A stretch of 64,000 nt of DNA from Synergistales bacterium (GTDB lineage: Bacteria; Synergistota; Synergistia; Synergistales; JAFGMB01). The number at the start of each line of letters is the position of its first letter. The stretch's first letter is position 1. A model generated the notes under the pieces. It searched no databases and was not told the origin of the DNA. It worked only from the letters and a program-made list of their open reading frames with translations. Made by a program: the position numbers and the translations under genes. Location: NCBI GenBank assembly GCA_963666205.1, contig OY762654.1, forward strand, positions 2,656,001 through 2,720,000. Reading direction: 5' to 3'. Shown here piece after piece: positions 59,357 through 64,000 of this stretch.

Positions 59357-60109
59357 TCAATTGTTCCTGACCCATCTGTCTTCTGTATCAATTTTAGTGA
59401 AGGACTTGATGATTTTCTGCCTGATGTCCGGGATGTGATCTGAAAGTTTCGAAACCAGATCCTTTGTTCTGCTCCTTTCTGTTTTTCCGGAGTAGGGGCA
59501 TGGATTCTTTGCTATCGGGATTCCAAGCCGTTCAGTTTCATTCTGTATCAGCCTTTCTTCTATATAGATCATAGGTCTGATTACCCATATTTTCGACCGG
59601 CTTTGCCACAATTTGGGTTTGAAACATCGATATCTTCCTGTATGGAACAGATTCATCAGGGCCGTTTCTGATACATCGTCCAGATTATGGCCAAGAGCTA
59701 CGGAATCACAATTCCTTTCAACAGCTGTACTACAGATTATCCCCCTCCTGAAATTGGCACAAAGACTACAGGGAGATCTTTCGTCCCTGATATTTATGAT
59801 CTCCTCTATAGGATGGCATTTTACATGATAAGGGACACCTAGAGAAGAACAGAAAGCCTTCATACATGAGATATCCATTTTCCCGTTTGTCATATCCACA
59901 GTACATGCCTCAAGCTCGAACTTGACTGGACTTTTTTTCAGGATGTCTGTAAGGGCCAGAAGGAGGAACGCACTGTCCTTTCCTCCAGATAAACCAACCA
60001 TTATCCTGTCATTTGTCGATATCATATCGTAATCTCCAATGGCAGAACCTATCCCCTTTTTAACTTTTCGACTGATGTCAGGGTAAATTACTGAGGTTTT
60101 ATCTGACAA
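59357..60109 (-). CDS. ttcA: TtcA-family tRNA thiolation protein (PP-loop)
   Basis: GLSGGKDS, PCSLCANFRRG, ALGHNLDD, IRPM. Probable TTG start at 60109 after GGGAG. Confidence 0.78.
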   Translation of the reverse strand: MSDKTSVIYPDISRKVKKGIGSAIGDYDMISTNDRIMVGLSGGKDSAFLLLALTDILKKSPVKFELEACTVDMTNGKMDISCMKAFCSSLGVPYHVKCHPIEEIINIRDERSPCSLCANFRRGIICSTAVERNCDSVALGHNLDDVSETALMNLFHTGRYRCFKPKLWQSRSKIWVIRPMIYIEERLIQNETERLGIPIAKNPCPYSGKTERSRTKDLVSKLSDHIPDIRQKIIKSFTKIDTEDRWVRNN

Positions 60110-60454
60110 AACAATACAACTCCCTGGCTTATAAAAAATTCTTGGGGCTGGTCTGAATCCCAAGATGCTGTATAATTAGGTCTAAAGACTCATTCTGGGT
60201 ACCAAGACCTATACAATAGAAGTGGGGGTTTTGGTGCCTGAATTACCCCCGACAGTATGAATATTAACATAAACATGCATTCTTTTCGTGCAAATCCGGA
60301 TGTAAGGTGAAAACGGGTTCTCTTCAGGCCAGAGTAATACAAAATGGATTCAGGATAATGTTCTCAGGTTGCGCTTTTGGAAAGTCAAACCATTTTAACT
60401 TCAGTCCATAATTTTCTTTATTGATATTGAAAGTGCTTGTGGAGGTGTTAAGTA

Positions 60455-61147
60455 ATGCAGCAGATTTCTCTTATAGTAGCGGATGATCATAAGCTGTTTC
60501 GGGATGGTATTAAAAAATTGCTTGAGCTTGAAGTAGATATCGAAGTAGTTGGAGAGGCTGCAGACGGGATCGAAACCCTGGAAATGGTTCGTAGTTTCTG
60601 TCCCGATATATTGCTTTTCGACGTAAACCTCCCGAGGCTTGATGGCCTGCAGGTCGTAAGGGAACTTAATAATCTTCAGAGTGAAGTGCGTTATGTTGCC
60701 ATAAGTGCATATGACGATGAAGATCGTCTTTCCGCCCTTTCGGCTGAAGGAGTACAGGGGTTTGTCCTTAAGGCATCCGGAAAAGTGGAGCTCCTCTCCG
60801 CCATACGTTCTGCCAGCCGTGGACAGAATTATGTTGACCCGAAGGTGGCCGGAAAACTTCTTACCTCCTTTTACAGGAGGAAAGAGGAAACAGATCAGCT
60901 TTATGAACTCACGCCAAGGGAAAAGGAGATCCTTTACTGGCTTTCCCAGGGTTTCAGTAATTCCGAAATAGCAAACAGGATGGTCCTTTCAGAAAAAACT
61001 GTCAAGAATCATGTAAGCCATGTCTTGAAAAAACTGGATCTTCGAGATCGTACTCAGGCTGCTATTATGGCCTGGAAAGTAGGTTTTGCCCAGCTCAATC
61101 CAGATTCTGTCCATAAAATCCTGGAGATCAGCCGGAAAACTGTCTGA
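60455..61147 (+). CDS. NarL/LuxR-family response regulator (no adjacent kinase)
   Basis: Receiver ADDH, FDVNLP, VLK; HTH LTPREKEIL..G.SN.EIA..LSEKTVKNHVS. Confidence 0.95.
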   Translation: MQQISLIVADDHKLFRDGIKKLLELEVDIEVVGEAADGIETLEMVRSFCPDILLFDVNLPRLDGLQVVRELNNLQSEVRYVAISAYDDEDRLSALSAEGVQGFVLKASGKVELLSAIRSASRGQNYVDPKVAGKLLTSFYRRKEETDQLYELTPREKEILYWLSQGFSNSEIANRMVLSEKTVKNHVSHVLKKLDLRDRTQAAIMAWKVGFAQLNPDSVHKILEISRKTV

Positions 61148-61205
61148 TCCCTTTCACATATTTCCTTATGTGTACGGTAGAGTTCATTTAAGGAGGATAA
61201 ACCGT

Positions 61206-62258
61206 TTGTCTCTTCGAAAAGGGCTTGTTATATTTCTGCTATGTACTTTTGGTGTAAGTGCTTTTGTTCTTCTAACAAGCGTAGACAGAAGAACCCTTAC
61301 TCTTTTATTTGAGGCTGATAAAAGAGCATTGTTGATAGCCCTGATCCTTGTTGTTATGGCATGGTGTTGTGATGCATTAAGATTTTGCGCAGTTGCAAGG
61401 GCAGCTTCGGAGAGAATAAGTTTCAGACTCGGCCTGATCCTGACCTGGCTTCATTATTTTGGATGTGCAGTTACCCCCATGCAGACAGGAGGAGGCCCAT
61501 TCCAGATATATGTTCTCTACAAGGGAAAGATGCCCATTGGAAAAGGTGTTGCCATAACCCTGACCAGAACCCTTCTATCAATGCTTCTCCTAGGTCTTGT
61601 TGTTCCTTTAGCGGTTATACTCGAGCCGGAACTTCTAAGAGGACATCATATTCTTACCGGTTTTTTCTCATATGTGGTTATCTTTGTTCTTTTTTCCTGG
61701 ACTCTTGTTGTTATAAGCCTTTTAAGACCTCAGATTATTAAACGGTGGGGTCAGATAATTATCCTTCTCCTGAAAAGGATCGGTCTTGTCAAGCCCAGAT
61801 CGGTTCTGTTCATGATCCGAAGGATAAATCGTGAGATAGATAACTATAATATGAACTTCCGCTTGTTTTTCACTTCAGGGCGTTCTTTTTTTATCAAAGC
61901 AGTTCTTTTTTCTTTTCTGCATCTTTTATTCCTGTTCTCAGTTCTTCCTGTGCTGATATGGTCGGTCGGACTTGAATTCAACTATGTTCAGACTATTCTT
62001 GCCCAAGGTGTATTTATGTTCATTCTTTATTTTGTTCCAACCCCAGGTGCAAGTGGTTTTGCCGAAGCTGGCGGGGCAATAATTTTCAGCCTCCTGGTTC
62101 CCTGGAATATGGCAGGGATAATGGCTCTTGCCTGGAGATTCTTTACAGAATATCTTGCCATACTCATGGGTGCCATAGTAGCCGTAAGAATGCTTGGATG
62201 GGGAATGACAGAAGAAATATTCAGGAAAGACAGGGAGGATTTTGAAGCTGATGAATAA
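61206..62258 (+). CDS. Lysylphosphatidylglycerol synthase TM / flippase-like (UPF0104) membrane protein
   Basis: VTPMQTGGGP, PTPGASGFAE, WRFFTEY; TTG 61206 follows AGGAGG. Confidence 0.85.
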   Translation: MSLRKGLVIFLLCTFGVSAFVLLTSVDRRTLTLLFEADKRALLIALILVVMAWCCDALRFCAVARAASERISFRLGLILTWLHYFGCAVTPMQTGGGPFQIYVLYKGKMPIGKGVAITLTRTLLSMLLLGLVVPLAVILEPELLRGHHILTGFFSYVVIFVLFSWTLVVISLLRPQIIKRWGQIIILLLKRIGLVKPRSVLFMIRRINREIDNYNMNFRLFFTSGRSFFIKAVLFSFLHLLFLFSVLPVLIWSVGLEFNYVQTILAQGVFMFILYFVPTPGASGFAEAGGAIIFSLLVPWNMAGIMALAWRFFTEYLAILMGAIVAVRMLGWGMTEEIFRKDREDFEADE

Positions 62259-62808
62259 CACAGGACAAAAGGTATTCCGGTTAAGGGGTGGAATATGGAC
62301 GATCTTTTTCATCGCAGTCCTGTTTCTGGCCAGGCCTTATGGAGCTAGATCATTGATAGGGTTACCCCTTGTAGTAATTGGCCAGGGGATAAGGCTCTGG
62401 GCTTCTGGATGCATAGTAAAATACAGGGGAGAAGAACTCCAGGCTTTACGGCTTACAACCTGGGGTCCTTATTCTATTGTCAGGAATCCCCTTTATATAG
62501 GTAATGGACTCATAGGTCTTGGATGGTCATTAATTGCCGGCTGGTCAGCTGTTATACTTTTTATTCTTATTTTTGGCCTTATGTATAACTACTATATTGT
62601 TCCTTCTGAAGAAGCCTTCCTCGAAAATAAATTCGGGGAAAGATATATAAATTACAGGAATAGAACTGGAAGATTTCTCCCTAAGGGATTTCCGGGTAAA
62701 AACATATATGGTCCCTTTGATCGTTCGATATTGTGGGAGAGCGAGAGGCACTCTATTGTAGTTACAGTTCTGGGGACGATCCTGATAATAAGCAGGTTGT
62801 GGTGGTAA
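62251..62808 (+). CDS. Isoprenylcysteine carboxylmethyltransferase/PEMT-family membrane methyltransferase
   Basis: LTTWGPYSIVRNPLYIG, EEAFL..KFG..Y..Y...RFLP. Start is 62242 or 62251. Confidence 0.85.
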   Translation: MNNTGQKVFRLRGGIWTIFFIAVLFLARPYGARSLIGLPLVVIGQGIRLWASGCIVKYRGEELQALRLTTWGPYSIVRNPLYIGNGLIGLGWSLIAGWSAVILFILIFGLMYNYYIVPSEEAFLENKFGERYINYRNRTGRFLPKGFPGKNIYGPFDRSILWESERHSIVVTVLGTILIISRLWW

Positions 62809-62835
62809 AACAGTTATGGTAATCCATTTTCAGAG

Positions 62836-62865
62836 AAAGAGGAGGCGGATATCCGCCTCCTCTTT
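62836..62865. terminator. 30-bp perfect palindrome, bidirectional terminator
   Basis: AAAGAGGAGGCGGAT-ATCCGCCTCCTCTTT between convergent genes. Confidence 0.8.
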
Positions 62866-64000
62866 AAAGTTTTGCCATATGGCCGCCATAAAGCCTCTGC
62901 CAGGTTTCATCGTAAACCTGTTTGGGTGGGACCTTGATCAGGGCAAGACCTTCCGTTATGGCTGCCTGGGCAACGGCTTCTGCTACACGTGGCGTTTCCT
63001 CATCACTGAATAATGCAGGTATTATCCTGTTTTCCGATAGCCTTCTCCTGTCCACTACACTAGCCAGGGCCTCGGCTGCTCTGAGCAGAACGTTATTATT
63101 AACTCCTCTTGCTCTTACATCCAGAAGCCCCCTTGAGATTCCCGGATAAGCGTGAAGGTTAGGCATTGCATTTATACATTCACTCAATCCGCATGCCACA
63201 ATTGTTGCTCCGGCAGCCTTAGCCTCTTCCGGCATGATCTCGGGTTCCGGAAGGGACAGAGCAAATACTATTGATCTTGAATTCATCTGTCTGATATGGT
63301 CTGTAGAGAATCTGCCTTTTCCGGAAAAACCTATTAGGACATCTGCTCCCTTTACTGCATCTTCAAGGTCACCTGATATTCCCTCCGGGTTTATCTTTAC
63401 AGACAGTTCTTCCTGGATGTAGTTCATCTTGGGATTCTGAGGACCGAGGATCCCCGAACTGTTAAGTGTGATTATATTTTGTGCTCCCGCGTAAAGCAGT
63501 AGCTCCGTCGTAGCAATACCCGCAGCGCCAGATCCGAAAATGACTATCTTGATGTCCTCCAGTTTTTTCCCGACAACCTCCAGCGCATTGATCAGGCCTG
63601 CCAGAACAACCACTGCCGATCCATGCTGGTCGTCACAGATAACTGGAATGTCAAGACTTTCCTGAAGTTTTCTTACCACTGTGAATGTTCTTGGGGTAAC
63701 AACGTCTTCGATATTTATAGCACCTACTGTCGGAGCAATAAGCCTGGCGGCACATATGATGTCGTCTGCCTTCTGGGAAGAGATACACAGGGGGAAAGCA
63801 TTCACATCACCAAAAATCTTGAAAAGTAGACATTTTCCCTCCATAACAGGCAATGCCGCATCAGGACCAATATTGCCCATGCCCAGAACAGCTGAACCGT
63901 CCGTTATAAGAGCAAGTCTGTTCCCTATTCCGGTGTATTCATAGGTCATGTTTTTATCGGCTATGATCTCGTTTGCGGCATGAATGCTTCCCGGTACATA
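62864..64000 (-). CDS. NAD(P)-dependent malic enzyme homologue (5'-truncated by window edge)
   Basis: Frame open to 64000 (YVPG...); TDGSAVLG.G.IG, MEGK, NIED, DDQHG, GSGAAG. Confidence 0.88.
   Translation of the reverse strand, partial: YVPGSIHAANEIIADKNMTYEYTGIGNRLALITDGSAVLGMGNIGPDAALPVMEGKCLLFKIFGDVNAFPLCISSQKADDIICAARLIAPTVGAINIEDVVTPRTFTVVRKLQESLDIPVICDDQHGSAVVVLAGLINALEVVGKKLEDIKIVIFGSGAAGIATTELLLYAGAQNIITLNSSGILGPQNPKMNYIQEELSVKINPEGISGDLEDAVKGADVLIGFSGKGRFSTDHIRQMNSRSIVFALSLPEPEIMPEEAKAAGATIVACGLSECINAMPNLHAYPGISRGLLDVRARGVNNNVLLRAAEALASVVDRRRLSENRIIPALFSDEETPRVAEAVAQAAITEGLALIKVPPKQVYDETWQRLYGGHMAKL

Noticed and set aside
61086-61205. Extended start of the flippase-like gene
   Set aside because: It overlaps the regulator; TTG 61206 has an AGGAGG RBS.

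Overview
A gene-dense chromosomal segment from an anaerobic, amino-acid-fermenting bacterium; gene content suggests Synergistota (inference). No rRNA, tRNA, CRISPR array, prophage or mobile element was recognised. Housekeeping genes: recG (5'-truncated), recX, rny, ymdB, tkt, queH, miaB, comEA, comEC, coaX, dusB, lysS, ligA, gatCAB, an EF-G2 paralogue, pgi, a TtcA-family gene and a truncated malic enzyme. The redox block comprises hypCDE; a glycine-riboswitch-controlled glycine reductase operon (grdX-trxA-grdE-grdA-grdB-grdC-grdD, with in-frame UGA/selenocysteine in grdA and grdB) flanked by NSS and AGCS transporters and alr; a five-gene NuoE/F/G-like + FeS + aldehyde oxidoreductase operon resembling electron-bifurcating WorABCSL, divergent from a MoeA-like/MocA-HD/XdhC trio; and a StnABC/NfnABC-like bifurcating transhydrogenase. 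The ORF track misses a rubredoxin (22867-23025) and a UxxC seleno-glutaredoxin (55598-55834), and it splits grdA and grdB at their UGA codons. The least-explained elements are a small-protein + single-domain ArsA/Get3 ATPase pair, a stand-alone PPDK N-terminal-domain protein, orphan Shine-Dalgarno motifs in two transporter leaders, and several candidate operators. All calls come from motif recognition by eye; no searches were run.
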